The notes: a model not told the origin generated them from the sequence alone. A stretch of DNA of 63,909 nt, filler included, from Vicugna vicugna (GCA_013265495.1; 79 parts of 76 records of this genome joined end to end with filler, not necessarily neighbours in it), one strand, 5' to 3'. Shown: positions 23,358 to 36,091, numbered from the whole stretch's first letter. Program-made: numbers and translations.

Positions 23358-24108
23358 ATCGCAAATACTTGGTTTCCGAGCCCAAACCACACTGTCCCCC
23401 GCCCTCCCGCCTTGGCTTTCCATCAGGGAAGACAAGCAATGGGATTCAATTAGAACCCAGGCGCTGCTGTCAGTTGGAGGAACTTCCCTGCACTCAGAAT
23501 TCCAGAACACATTCTTAGGTGTGGGAGAGATGTGCAGCCCCACTNNNNNNNNNNNNNNNNNNNNNNNNNNNNNNNNNNNNNNNNNNNNNNNNNNNNNNNN
23601 NNNNNNNNNNNNNNNNNNNNNNNNNNNNNNNNNNNNNNNNNNNNNNNNNNNNNNNNNNNNNNNNNNNNNNNNNNNNNNNNNNNNNNNNNNNNNNNNNNNN
23701 NNNNNNNNNNNNNNNNNNNNNNNNNNNNNNNNNNNNNNNNNNNNNNNNNNNNNNNNNNNNNNNNNNNNNNNNNNNNNNNNNNNNNNNNNNNNNNNNNNNN
23801 NNNNNNNNNNNNNNNNNNNNNNNNNNNNNNNNNNNNNNNNNNNNNNNNNNNNNNNNNNNNNNNNNNNNNNNNNNNNNNNNNNNNNNNNNNNNNNNNNNNN
23901 NNNNNNNNNNNNNNNNNNNNNNNNNNNNNNNNNNNNNNNNNNNNNNNNNNNNNNNNNNNNNNNNNNNNNNNNNNNNNNNNNNNNNNNNNNNNNNATGCCA
24001 TCAGGGAAGGCAAGCTAAGGGATTCTATTAGAACCCATGCACTGCTGTCATATGGAGGATCCACACTACAATCAGGATACCTGAGCACGTCTCCGTGTGT
24101 GTGCTGGA
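23358..24108 (-). repeat. Satellite C
   Basis: AGAACCCAGGCGCTGCTGTCAGTTGGAGGAACTTCCC and GCCATCAGGGAAGGCAAGCTAAGGGATTC. Confidence 0.92.
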
Positions 24109-24208
24109 NNNNNNNNNNNNNNNNNNNNNNNNNNNNNNNNNNNNNNNNNNNNTTAATTAATTAANNNNNNNNNNNNNNNNNNNNNNNNNNNNNNNNNNNN
24201 NNNNNNNN

Positions 24209-24889
24209 ATCAGACATGCATGTCGCATGTACGGAAACCGGAATGCCATGTTGTTGGAATCTACTCAAATTAAATATATCTACGGTAGATTTCGCTCCAA
24301 GAAGGTTTTTCTGGGGTCAAAGTCTGATTCTTGAAACTGGTGACAGGGATAAGCAATGAAGTCATAGTAAGTATTTCTAAGTGCATATGTACCCTGTTAT
24401 GTTTGAAACATCAGTCTTGCACATGTGCACAACTCAGAAATGTATGTTTGAAGAATCCGTGTTGCATGAAACTTGTTCGGAATACGGAATGCCATGGTTA
24501 TGTAAAGAATGTAAATTATATGTGTATTGGTGAGAATTCGCTCAAAGAGTGTTTTCTGGTGCCAAATGTCCGATTTNNNNNNNNNNNNNNNNNNNNNNNN
24601 NNNNNNNNNNNNNNNNNNNNNNNNNNNNNNNNNNNNNNNNNNNNNNNNNNNNNNNNNNNNNNNNNNNNNNNNNNNNNNNNNNNNNNNNNNNNNNNNNNNN
24701 NNNNNNNNNNNNNNNNNNNNNNNNNNNNNNNNNNNNNNNNNNNNNNNNNNNNNNNNNNNNNNNAGCTTATGAAGTACACGTATGTACATGAAAACATTCC
24801 TTATATAGAGGCTGAAAGATCAGTAATCCACATGCTCTCAACTCAGGAATGCTTGTTTGTCGAATCCGTCATTCATGTAGCATAGCATG
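24209..24889 (-). repeat. Satellite D (3 x ~246-bp HOR)
   Basis: CGGAATGCCATG at ~24238 and ~24485; reverse complement of the 53708 array. Confidence 0.92.
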
Positions 24890-24989
24890 NNNNNNNNNNN
24901 NNNNNNNNNNNNNNNNNNNNNNNNNNNNNNNNNTTAATTAATTAANNNNNNNNNNNNNNNNNNNNNNNNNNNNNNNNNNNNNNNNNNNN

Positions 24990-26279
24990 GAATGCCTAAG
25001 CTCGCCTCCCCTGAGGGTTTTCCAAATATCTCTGAGCCAGCGAAGTCTAGGGTTGATTGCAGGATATCCCAGTGACCGAGGCTGCCTCCCCAAAGTCAGG
25101 GAAGTTATTCTCGGACTTCCCCGTACAGGGAACTCCTGTGACTGTAGAGAGCTGCGTGGAGTTGTCTCTCGAGCTCCCCCACGCACTGACAACGGTTCCG
25201 GAATCCTGAGCATAGGGAGGTTCCAACAACGATCGGCAGCACGTGGGTTCTAACGGAATGCCTAAGCTCGTCTCCCTTGAGTGTTTTTCTAACGTCTCTC
25301 TGCCAGGGAATGCAAGGGGTGATTGCAGGATATCCCAGTGCCCGAGGCTGCCTCCCCAAGGTCAGGGAAGGTATTTCTCGGACTTCCCCGAACAGGGAAC
25401 ACCTGTGACTGAAGAGAGCTGCGTGGAGTTNNNNNNNNNNNNNNNNNNNNNNNNNNNNNNNNNNNNNNNNNNNNNNNNNNNNNNNNNNNNNNNNNNNNNN
25501 NNNNNNNNNNNNNNNNNNNNNNNNNNNNNNNNNNNNNNNNNNNNNNNNNNNNNNNNNNNNNNNNNNNNNNNNNNNNNNNNNNNNNNNNNNNNNNNNNNNN
25601 NNNNNNNNNNNNNNNNNNNNNNNNNNNNNNNNNNNNNNNNNNNNNNNNNNNNNNNNNNNNNNNNNNNNNNNNNNNNNNNNNNNNNNNNNNNNNNNNNNNN
25701 NNNNNNNNNNNNNNNNNNNNNNNNNNNNNNNNNNNNNNNNNNNNNNNNNNNNNNNNNNNNNNNNNNNNNNNNNNNNNNNNNNNNNNNNNNNNNNNNNNNN
25801 NNNNNNNNNNNNNNNNNNNNNNNNNNNNNNNNNNNNNNNNNNNNNNNNNNNNNNNNNNNNNNNNNNNNNNNNNNNNNNNNNNNNNNNNNNNNNNNNNNNN
25901 NNNNNNNNNNNNNNNNNNNNNNNNNNNNNNNNNNNNNNNNNNNNNNNNNNNNNNNNNNNNNNNNNNNNNNNNNNNNNNNNCACCAACGGTCGGCAGCGCG
26001 TGGGTTCTAACGGAATGCCTAAGCTCGTCTCCCCTGAGTGTTTTCCAAATGTCTCTGTGCCAGGGAATGCTGGGGGTGATTCCAGGATATCCCGAGTCAG
26101 AGGCAGCCTCCCCAAGGTCAGGGAAGTTATTTCTCGGACTTCCCCGAACAGGGAACTCCTGTGACTGAAGGGAGATACGTGAAGTTGTCTCTCGAGCTCG
26201 CCCACGCACTGACAACGGTTCTGGAATCCTGAGAGTGCGGAGGTTCCACCAACTGTCGGCAGCGTTTGGGTTCTAACGG
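24990..26279 (+). repeat. Satellite A
   Basis: Consecutive 267-bp monomers on either side of a gap. Confidence 0.95.
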
Positions 26280-26379
26280 NNNNNNNNNNNNNNNNNNNNN
26301 NNNNNNNNNNNNNNNNNNNNNNNTTAATTAATTAANNNNNNNNNNNNNNNNNNNNNNNNNNNNNNNNNNNNNNNNNNNN

Positions 26380-26461
26380 GCCGGTCTTCCCGCGGGACCT
26401 TCACCATGTGGTACTGGGGCACGGCAGCTTCGGGGTACCACGCTCGCGTGAAGAATCCCAT
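26380..26461 (-). pseudogene. ITGA7: Integrin alpha-7 last (cytoplasmic B) exon, 5' part, diverged copy; upstream intron 26462-27112
   Basis: Acceptor GGTGTCCTTCTAG, then phase-0 MGFFTRAWYPEAAVPQYHMVKVPREDR, versus human alpha7B MGFFKRAKHPEATVPQYHAVKIPREDR (recalled). Truncated by the scaffold end. Gene identity is strong; pseudogene status is inferred. Confidence 0.8.
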
Positions 26462-28257
26462 CTAGAAGGACACCAGGCCAGACGTGAGGAGCCTGCGGGG
26501 CTGGTCCCTGGGGCAGATGCTCAGCACAGCCAGCTGCCTGCCCCCACCGTCCCTGGGACAGAAAGGACCAACGGCAGCAGGAAGGAGACAGGCTGGGCGG
26601 CAGCCAGCACAGCAAGCAGCCCCCACAAGAGCCACCATCCATACTGGGTCCCCAGGTCCTCATTCACAGCGAGAGAAAGACCAGGAGGTGGCCTGAGGTG
26701 CAGGACCAAGGACATCTCCCTTGGCACCTGAAAGAGGGGCTTGAAGGTAGAACATCAGGACCGCTGACCCCAAAGGTATCCCAAGCTTTTAAGAGGCCCA
26801 ATAGCATCCCCAGGAATACAAATGAGTTCGGAGGGAAAACATGGCTTCCAAGGCCTGTGGAAGCTCCGGAATAATTCCTCTCAAGCCTGTGTGCTCGTGC
26901 GCTGGGAGCACCCACCTCAGGCTGGCCCTCCCCTCTGTGAATAAAATGGCCCCTCCCTAAGTCATGAACATGCTGGCCCTTCCACACCAAGATGGAAATG
27001 TGCCCCTTGCACACTCACGCTCAGGACTGCTCATACACAGGACTGCCCAAGACTCCTACTTGCTCAAACTGCACGGCACCTCCTTGCACGACTGTCTGCA
27101 CACTCATGCCCCNNNNNNNNNNNNNNNNNNNNNNNNNNNNNNNNNNNNNNNNNNNNTTAATTAATTAANNNNNNNNNNNNNNNNNNNNNNNNNNNNNNNN
27201 NNNNNNNNNNNNCTGCACTCTGAGACAGGCTTGGGCTCTCTCACACCTGCAGCTCTGATGCAATACTTGTGAAGTTATTTTTCTTTGCTTCAAGTGTCTT
27301 AACTCCCCGTTTCACTGTGACTGTCATCTTTTAACACAGTCAGATGTCTTCCTGGATCTCTCCCTGAGTTCCTTTCTCCTGCTTCTCAGATCCTGAGATA
27401 AAGAACAGGTGAAGGCACATGACTAGAAAAGGCACTGTGGACTTGACCAAAGTCCTCAGGGAACCCCTAGGTGAGTGCTGACGATTCTCAAGGTTCTGCC
27501 CAGGGTGACATCCAGACCGGAGACAGTCTTCAACCCAATTAAAAGCTGTGTGGTTTGGGTGCGGGCAAAGTTGCAGGAGCTGGTTCCGGATCCGAGTCCC
27601 TCCACACCTCTTCTCCTCTCTCTCCCGAGGCCCCGCTTCCAAGCCCCCAGACTCCCTGACCATCTGTCCTTCTCTTCTACTCTACTCCAAGCCCTTTTCC
27701 TCTTCCTTTATTCCCTGATTATCCCCAGCTGGAGTGATTTTTACATCACAGTATCTGAAACAATTTCCTGCTGCTGGAAAAGAGGTCTCCAGAGGTCAAT
27801 GTGCATATGGCGGTTCCTGAAGAGAGCCCATGGTTAGGGGGCACTCACCAACACTCACGGGGCATCAGGCATGTTGCAGGGTTGACCACCCCCAACAAGA
27901 GTTTGCTGTGACCCCAAGGCACGCACAGCATACCTGCTCATGCTCACAAAAGTTGGACCACTCATCCGTTATTAAGAAGCAAAAACAAAAAAATTTCTCA
28001 TTTTTCTTACTAAAATCATTTATGAGGTGTAAAAAGAAATTGTAATANNNNNNNNNNNNNNNNNNNNNNNNNNNNNNNNNNNNNNNNNNNNTTAATTAAT
28101 TAANNNNNNNNNNNNNNNNNNNNNNNNNNNNNNNNNNNNNNNNNNNNTAGTTGTGGATAGATTTATGTAGCAAATATAAACCTAGGGTATCTTCTGTGAA
28201 GGAATTCTAGAAATAAGAAGATGGATATATATTCCGACCCATAAGAAACTCAGCCTT

Positions 28258-28572
28258 TCCATTTACAACAGCATTAAAAATAAAATGAGAGATACATTTA
28301 ACAAAAATTTACAAGATTTGTACATTGAAATCTTTGAAGTATCACTAAAATAAATTTTAAAAGATCTACATATATGGAAGATATCCCATTTTCAAGGAAT
28401 GATAGAAAATATTATTAAATACGTTAAGACTCCTCAAAGTGATCTACATATTCAGTGGAATCCCTATCAAAATTCCAGCTGACTTCTTTGCAAAAATTGA
28501 AAAACTAATCCCAGAATTCATATGAGAGCAAGGGGCCCAGGACAGTCAAAACAACCTTGAAAAAGAAGAGTA
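28258..28572 (+). mobile_element. Old L1M ORF2 fragment
   Basis: CAAAGTGATCTACATATTCAGTGGAATCCCTATCAAAATTCCAGCTGACTTCTTTGCA (IYRFNAIPIKIP-like). Confidence 0.88.
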
Positions 28573-28769
28573 NNNNNNNNNNNNNNNNNNNNNNNNNNNN
28601 NNNNNNNNNNNNNNNNTTAATTAATTAANNNNNNNNNNNNNNNNNNNNNNNNNNNNNNNNNNNNNNNNNNNNGGATCTCCCATCTTCACCTCAAAGTCAG
28701 GGGGTTCAGAGCAGATTCTGCCTCCTTCCCAACTCCAGTCTGGTTCCTATTCCTACATCCTTCATCCTC

Positions 28770-28907
28770 AAAATGATAATGAACAGTGATCACATACGAT
28801 CACGCACGACATGGTGTGCCCCACAGATTACTGGATTTAACCTTCACAATATTCCTATGAACGTCATTCTATTATTGGTCTCTTCTACAAATAAGGAAAC
28901 CAAGACT
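28770..28907 (-). mobile_element. MIR fragment
   Basis: ATTTAACCTTCACAATATTCCTATGA...TACAAATAAGGAAACCAAGACT. Confidence 0.7.
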
Positions 28908-29259
28908 NNNNNNNNNNNNNNNNNNNNNNNNNNNNNNNNNNNNNNNNNNNNTTAATTAATTAANNNNNNNNNNNNNNNNNNNNNNNNNNNNNNNNNNNNN
29001 NNNNNNNAAAACAAGTCTTAAGACGATGCTAAGGCCTCCAAAGTCCTCTCAAAGACCATCAACCAAACTGCCTGTAGGTGTGCAGCTGCAGACGGCTACA
29101 TGTCTGTTTTTAAAGCAACTCCTTCCTGCCCTCGGGTGCTACAGTTTCCTTCTATGCCCTCCCATCTCAGGGTAAGAGCAGCCGCTGCAGAACCTTGCAG
29201 GGCAGGACACAGAGGATCAGAGTTAAACTAAGCCTTCTGATGACACGAGCTTGTCACTG

Positions 29260-29340
29260 TGTCATCTTTAGAGATGAAGATATATATAGAGAGAGGTAGA
29301 TCTTGCTCAAAGTCACACAGATAATAAGTGACAAAGTCTA
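29260..29340 (-). mobile_element. MIR core fragment
   Basis: TTTAGAGATGAAGA...AGAGAGGTAGATCTTGCTCAAAGTCACACAG. Confidence 0.6.
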
Positions 29341-29554
29341 TAACTCTACTCCTCCCTCCAGCTTAACGCCCCAGCTGGGACGCCCACAGAGTTCTCTCGT
29401 GCCTGCCTAAACAGTCCTTTATTGTCACTCATGACTCACCACAGGGTCTGTCCCNNNNNNNNNNNNNNNNNNNNNNNNNNNNNNNNNNNNNNNNNNNNTT
29501 AATTAATTAANNNNNNNNNNNNNNNNNNNNNNNNNNNNNNNNNNNNNNNNNNNN

Positions 29555-30339
29555 CCACGCACTGACAATGGTTCCGGAATACTGAGCTTGGGGCTTTTCC
29601 ACCAACGGTCGGCAGCGAGTGGGTTCTAACGGAATGCCAAGGCTCATCTCCCCTGAGGATTTTCCTAATGTCTCTGTGCCAGGGAATGCTAGGGGGGTTT
29701 GCACGATATCCCAGTGTCAGAGGCTGCCTCCCCAAAAACAGGGAAGTTATTTCTAAGACGTCCCCGGACAGGGAACACCTGTGACTGAAAAGAGCTGCGT
29801 GGAGTTATCTCTCGAGGTCCCCCACGCACTGACAATATTTCCGGAATCCTGAGCGTGGGGAGGTTCCACCAACGGTCGGCAGCGCGTGGGTTCCAACGGA
29901 ATGCCTGAGCTGGTCTCCCCTGAGGATTTTCCTAATGTCTCTGTGCCAGGGAATGCTAGGGGATTTTGCATGTTATCCCAGTGTCAGAGGCTGCCTCCCC
30001 AAGGTCTCGGAAGCTATTTCTCGGTCTTCCCGGAACAGGGAACACCTGTGACTTAAGAGAGCTGCGTGGAGTTGTGTCTCGAGCTCCCCCACGCACTGAC
30101 AATGGTACCAGAATCCTGAGCGAGGAGAGGTTCCACCACCTTTCGGCAGCGCGTGGGTTCAAGCGGAATGCCTAAGCTCGTCTCCCCTGATGGTTTTCCT
30201 ANNNNNNNNNNNNNNNNNNNNNNNNNNNNNNNNNNNNNNNNNNNNNNNNNNNNNNNNTTCAGGGAAGTCCAGGACTTCCCCAAACAGGGAACACCTGTAA
30301 CTTAACAGAGCTTCGTGGAGTTGTCTCTCGAACTCCCCC
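29555..30339 (+). repeat. Satellite A (period measured here)
   Basis: CCACGCACTGACAAT at 29555, 29822 and 30089: exactly 267-bp spacing. Confidence 0.97.
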
Positions 30340-30977
30340 NNNNNNNNNNNNNNNNNNNNNNNNNNNNNNNNNNNNNNNNNNNNTTAATTAATTAANNNNN
30401 NNNNNNNNNNNNNNNNNNNNNNNNNNNNNNNNNNNNNNNTAGCTTTTTATTATTTTTAGAAACTGTTCATTTACTTTTATTTTTAAATCACTTTTTCTCT
30501 CAGTTAAAAATAACTGTATTCTGATAGCATTCACTTTGTGGTGGGTAATATAAAATGTATGATCATAAATAATTAGATTTTAAGATTGAACAACTTAAAC
30601 ACAGTTAAATGTATTCTGTCAATGTGGTAGCATAATATTTGTAAGTTTATGCTAAAACTATAAAAAACAAACTGTCAAAACAGGAATAAAAAGATAATAA
30701 ACTCTGTAGCTGAGAAGACATGATGGGAGAAAGTAAGAGAATGCATTTCAGTTATAATCGTTGACAAATGTCAAAATCTCAAACATTTGTGTCCCTGAGA
30801 CAAACACGTGTACCAACTAAGGGGTATGAGTATTGTGAAATCTTTTATTTTTCAAATCAGTTGTTTCAGCATCCATCTTTTGAAGTATATCAAGACATCC
30901 ATCTCTCTCTCATGAAACCCAGTTTGGGCTTGAATCATCCCAAGAACTCAGAACTCTTCCACTGAAAATGGTCTGTC

Positions 30978-31040
30978 AGCTGGAGATCATCATCCTTCTA
31001 AGTGAAGTCAGCCAGAAAGAGAAAGACAAGTACCATACAA
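30978..31040 (+). mobile_element. L1 3' fragment
   Basis: CTGGAGATCATCATCCTTCTAAGTGAAGTCAGCCAGAAAGAGAAAGACAAGTACCAT. Confidence 0.8.
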
Positions 31041-31140
31041 NNNNNNNNNNNNNNNNNNNNNNNNNNNNNNNNNNNNNNNNNNNNTTAATTAATTAANNNN
31101 NNNNNNNNNNNNNNNNNNNNNNNNNNNNNNNNNNNNNNNN

Positions 31141-31597
31141 TATTCCTAGTCTTTTGAGGAATCTCCACACTGATTTCCACAGTGGCTGCACCAAAGTGCA
31201 TTCCCACCAGCAGTGTAGGAGGGTCCCCCTTTATCCACAGCCTCTCCAGCATTTGTCATTTGTGGATTTTTGAATGACAGCCATTCTGACTGGTGTGAGG
31301 TGATACCTCATTGTAGTTTTGATTTGCATTTCTCTGATAATTAGTGATATTGAGCGTTTTTTCATGTGCTTTTTGATCATTTGTATGTCTTCCTTGGAGA
31401 ATTGCTTGTTTAGGTCTTCTGCCCATTTTTGGATTGGGTTGTTTATTTTTTTCTTATTGAGTCATATGAGCTGCTTATACATTTTGGAAATCAAGCCTTT
31501 GTCAGTTTCACTTGCAAAAATTTTCTCCCATTCCATAGGTTTTCTTCTTGTTTTATTTCTGGTTTCCTTTGCTCTGCAGAAGCTTGTAAGTTTCATT
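31141..31597 (-). mobile_element. L1 ORF2 3' region
   Basis: CATTCCCACCAGCAGTGTAGGAGGG...GCCATTCTGACTGGTGTGAGGTGATACCTCATTGTAGTTTTGATTTGCATTTCTCTG. Confidence 0.95.
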
Positions 31598-31906
31598 ATC
31601 AAATTTCTTTTTTAGGAAGTAAGTATCCATCTTTACTTCTTTTTCTAATCTGTAACTAATTGTGTCAGCATCATTTGTTTAAGAAAACTTTCGCTCATCT
31701 GTTATTTTTTATCCCTGTATTTTTAAAATAAGGTTGTATCCAGGGACTTAGCAATATCCATAAAGCATGTCTCAAAAATCTACTCTATTTTGTTTCTGAA
31801 TTTACCNNNNNNNNNNNNNNNNNNNNNNNNNNNNNNNNNNNNNNNNNNNNTTAATTAATTAANNNNNNNNNNNNNNNNNNNNNNNNNNNNNNNNNNNNNN
31901 NNNNNN

Positions 31907-32365
31907 AAATATAGCTTAGGGAATATTGAAGCCAGATTTTGGAACATGGAATACAGAATTAAGAATTTAGATTATACAATACAGAATACTTAATAAACAA
32001 TTAAAAAAAATTGAAAGTAGAACACAGAATATAGTATATAAAACACATAATACTGAATAAATAATTTAGAAGATAGAATGAAGGAAACAAAATAAAAAAT
32101 ATAGCTTAGAGAATTTTGAAGCCAGATTTTGGAAAATGGAAATCAGAACTCAGTATTTAGAATATAGAATACAGAATACTGAATATNNNNNNNNNNNNNN
32201 NAATGTAGAACACAGAATTTAGACTATATAATAAAGAATACTGAATATAGATTTTAGAATATAGAATGTAGAATTCAGAATGTAAGTTGTAGAATACAGA
32301 ATAAAGATTCCAGAATAAACAACATGCTATGCAGAACACAGAATTTAGATTATAGTTTACATAAT
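31907..32365 (+). repeat. Satellite E, diverged
   Basis: Degenerate heptamers; TATAGCTTAG..GAAGCCAGATTTTGGAA repeated about 190 bp apart. Confidence 0.85.
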
Positions 32366-32465
32366 NNNNNNNNNNNNNNNNNNNNNNNNNNNNNNNNNNN
32401 NNNNNNNNNTTAATTAATTAANNNNNNNNNNNNNNNNNNNNNNNNNNNNNNNNNNNNNNNNNNNN

Positions 32466-33173
32466 AATGCAGAATATAGAATACAGAATATAAAATTTAG
32501 AACACAGAATTTAAAATATGGAAAACAGAATATAGAAACCAGAATTTAGAATATGTAAAGCAGAATATATAATTTAGAATATAGTATAGAGATTACTGAA
32601 TATAGAATTTAGAATATAGAATGTAGAACACAGAATATAGAATATAGAATACGGAATGCAAAATATACATTGTACACTATAGAATGAAGGACGCAAAATA
32701 TAGAATATAGAATAGAGTATATAGAAGCCAGAATTCAGAACATGGAATTCAGAACACAGAATTTCGAATATAAATATAAAATACTGAATTTAGAATTTTT
32801 AATATAGAATGGAGAACACAGGATATATAATAGAGTATACAGAACCAAGAATTTAAAACATGGAATCCAGAACAAAGAATTTAGAATATAGAATAGAGAA
32901 TACTGAATATAGAATTTAGAATATAGAATGTAGAACACAGAATAAAGAATATAGAATATAGATTATAGAAACCAGAGTTTAGAACATGGAATGCATAACA
33001 CAGAATTGAATATAGCATACGGAATACTGAATATAGAATTTAGAATATAGAATGTAGGACACAATAGAATATAGAATGTAGGACACAGAATATAGAATAT
33101 AGTATACGGAAATATAGTATGTAGAATATAGAATGAAAAACACAAAATTTATAATATAGAATAGAGAATGTAG
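32466..33173 (+). repeat. Satellite E
   Basis: Heptamer array; CATGGAA markers at 32741, 32859 and 32985. Confidence 0.95.
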
Positions 33174-33273
33174 NNNNNNNNNNNNNNNNNNNNNNNNNNN
33201 NNNNNNNNNNNNNNNNNTTAATTAATTAANNNNNNNNNNNNNNNNNNNNNNNNNNNNNNNNNNNNNNNNNNNN

Positions 33274-33443
33274 AATATCCTTTTCCATCCTTTCACTCTC
33301 AATCTATACGTGTCCTTCTCCCTAAAGTGGGTCTCTTGTATGCAGCATATTGAAGGTTCTTGCTTTATAATCCAGTCTGCCACTCTGTGTGTTTTGATTG
33401 GAGCATTTAGTCCATTATCATTTACAGTAATTAATGATAGATG
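33274..33443 (-). mobile_element. L1 ORF2 endonuclease N-terminus
   Basis: Minus-strand translation LSLITVNDNGLNAPIKTHRVADWIIKQEPSICCIQETHFREKDTYRLRVKGWKRI. Confidence 0.95.
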
Positions 33444-33543
33444 NNNNNNNNNNNNNNNNNNNNNNNNNNNNNNNNNNNNNNNNNNNNTTAATTAATTAAN
33501 NNNNNNNNNNNNNNNNNNNNNNNNNNNNNNNNNNNNNNNNNNN

Positions 33544-34462
33544 CTCAGTTCTGAGAGATAAGTGTGTGTCAAATCCGTCCTTCACCTATCTTGAAGGGAT
33601 CACAAAGTTCTTTTCAGTTGCAAACTCCACACCATACATTTATATGGGGAGGTACAAGCTCCAACTCGGTTTTACGGTGCAAACCGCAGGAACTTCAAAC
33701 CAGCACTCGGAAACAGATTGATAAACCACAGTAAGTGTTTCCCCTACAATTCGTTCCCTTTGTGCTGGATGAACGAACGTCTCTCCACATGCTCAGTTCT
33801 GAGAGATAAGTGTGTGTGAAAGCCGTCCTTCGCCTAGCTTGAAGGGAACACAAAGTGTCTTTTCAGTTGCAAACTCCACACCATACATATATATGGGGAG
33901 GTACAAGCTCCAAATCGGTTTTACAGTGCAAACCGCAGGAACTTCAAACCAGCACTCGGAAACAGATTGATAAACCACAGTAAGTGTTTCCCCTACAATT
34001 CGTTCCCTTTGTGCTGGATGAACGAACGTCTCTCCACATGCTCAGTTCTGAAAGATAAGTGTTTGTTAAAGCAGTCCTTCACCAAACGTGAGGGGAACAC
34101 AAAGGTTCTATTAAGTTGCATACTCCAGTCCTTACATATATATGGGTAGGAACAAACTCCAACTCGGTTTTACAGTGCAAACCGCAGGAACATCAAACCG
34201 GCAATAGAAAACAGACTGAGAAACCAGAGTAATTGTTTCTCCTGCAACCCGTTCACTTTTTGCTGGATGAACGAACACTGAGAGTTAAGTGTGTGTGAAA
34301 GCCGTCCTTCGCCTAGCTTTAAGGGAACACAAAGTGTCTTTTCAGTTGCAAACTCCACACCATACATATATATGGGGAGGTACAAGCACCAACTCGGTTT
34401 TAATGTGTAAACCGTAAGAACTTCAAACCGGCACTAGGAAACAGATTGTGAAACCAGAGTAA
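33544..34462 (-). repeat. Satellite B (~248-249 bp; period measured here)
   Basis: CTCAGTTCTGA at 33544, 33792 and 34041; ~20-bp deletion at ~34277. Confidence 0.96.
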
Positions 34463-34562
34463 NNNNNNNNNNNNNNNNNNNNNNNNNNNNNNNNNNNNNN
34501 NNNNNNTTAATTAATTAANNNNNNNNNNNNNNNNNNNNNNNNNNNNNNNNNNNNNNNNNNNN

Positions 34563-35328
34563 TTCCATGTTCTAAATTTTGGGTTCTTTATCCTATATTC
34601 TATATTCGCTGTTCTACATACTGTATTCTACATTCTATATTCTGAATTCTATATTCTATATTCTGAGTTCTGCATTCAATGTTTTATATTCTGGGTGATG
34701 TATTCAGAAATCTATTTTTTATACTCTGTGTTCTGCATTCTAATTTCTACATTTTATTACTTTATACTGTAATCTATATACTGTGTTCTGAATTCCATGT
34801 CGTTAATTCTGGTTTCTGCATTCTGTTTTCTATATTCTATATTATGTATTATGTATTCTGTATTCTACATTCTATTTTATGTATATTGTAACCTATATTC
34901 TAAACTCTGTGTTCTGAATTCCCATGTTCTTAATTCTGTGTTCTGTATTCTGAATTCTAAATTCTATATTCTTTGTTCGACATTCTGTATACTTCATTCA
35001 ATATTCTGTATCCTATATTTTATATTCTGTGTCTACATTCTATATTCTTCATTCTATTTCGTATTCTATATTCTATATTCTGTGTTCTAATTTCCATGTT
35101 CTAAATACTGCGTTCTGCATTCTGTATTCTATATGCTATAATTTTTATTCTACATTCTATATTCTACATTGTATTTTCGTTATTCTTTTTTATTTTTATA
35201 AATTCTCTGTTCTGCATTCCGTGTTCTAAATTCTGGATTCTGTATTCTATATTCTAAGTTCTATATTCTTTTTTCTAAATTCAATATTCTACATTCTATA
35301 TTTTGTATACTGTACTCTATGATCTGTG
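34563..35328 (-). repeat. Satellite E
   Basis: ATATTCT/GTATTCT heptamers with TTCCATGTTCT markers. Confidence 0.93.
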
Positions 35329-35428
35329 NNNNNNNNNNNNNNNNNNNNNNNNNNNNNNNNNNNNNNNNNNNNTTAATTAATTAANNNNNNNNNNNNNNNN
35401 NNNNNNNNNNNNNNNNNNNNNNNNNNNN

Positions 35429-35575
35429 TAGGCCATGTGGTGTCTGTCACATCTACTCATGTCTGCCATTGCAATGTGAAGGCAGCCCTAGACCGTATGT
35501 GAGTGAATAGGGATGACATGCCCAGATAACACAAGGCTGACAAAGCCAAATGGCAGGGTGGGTTAGTCCCATGGG
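35429..35575 (+). mobile_element. MER58-like hAT-Charlie DNA transposon fragment
   Basis: GGCCATGTGGTGTCTGTCACATCTACTCA...TGCCATTGCAATGTGAAGGCAGCCCTAGAC matches my recalled MER58A core. Confidence 0.7.
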
Positions 35576-36091
35576 TATCTTCCAGAAACACCACGCTGTT
35601 TGAGCTTGACGTTGTCAGTTTATGATACTGATTCTACTAATGATTATCATTCTTTTGTGAGTCTCGTAAAGTTTGGTTGGGATTTTGTTCCTTGTAAACA
35701 GCAGTTCACTTCAAGATATCAAATTTGGATAAACATCCTTTTTTTGATAAATATAATAAAGGAGGGGAAGTCGTTTTTATGCATTAATTACCTATCAGGA
35801 GTATACTCAGTATTCACTCAAGTATGTAGTCTCCAGGTGTGGTCCCAAAGGAATGCTTGTTAACAGAACATTGGTCTTATACTTTCAATATTCTGTATTT
35901 CTCTATTGCTGATATGAAGTCTATTTTACTTTTTTCTTTAATAGCAGATTTAGTGGTTGAGGTTTCACCGAGTAATGAAGATATCTCTGTCNNNNNNNNN
36001 NNNNNNNNNNNNNNNNNNNNNNNNNNNNNNNNNNNTTAATTAATTAANNNNNNNNNNNNNNNNNNNNNNNNNNNNNNNNNNNNNNNNNNNN

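Noticed and set aside
26521..26727. Hydrophobic ORF (WWLLWGLLAVLAA) as the ITGA7 transmembrane exon
   Set aside because: It lacks the expected LLWK end and a splice donor; treated as intron sequence.
29555..34462. Common origin of the 267-bp and 247-bp superfamilies, and CENP-B boxes
   Set aside because: Only a short CTGAGC..TGG resemblance is visible, and I found no TTCGnnnnAnnCGGG motif by eye.
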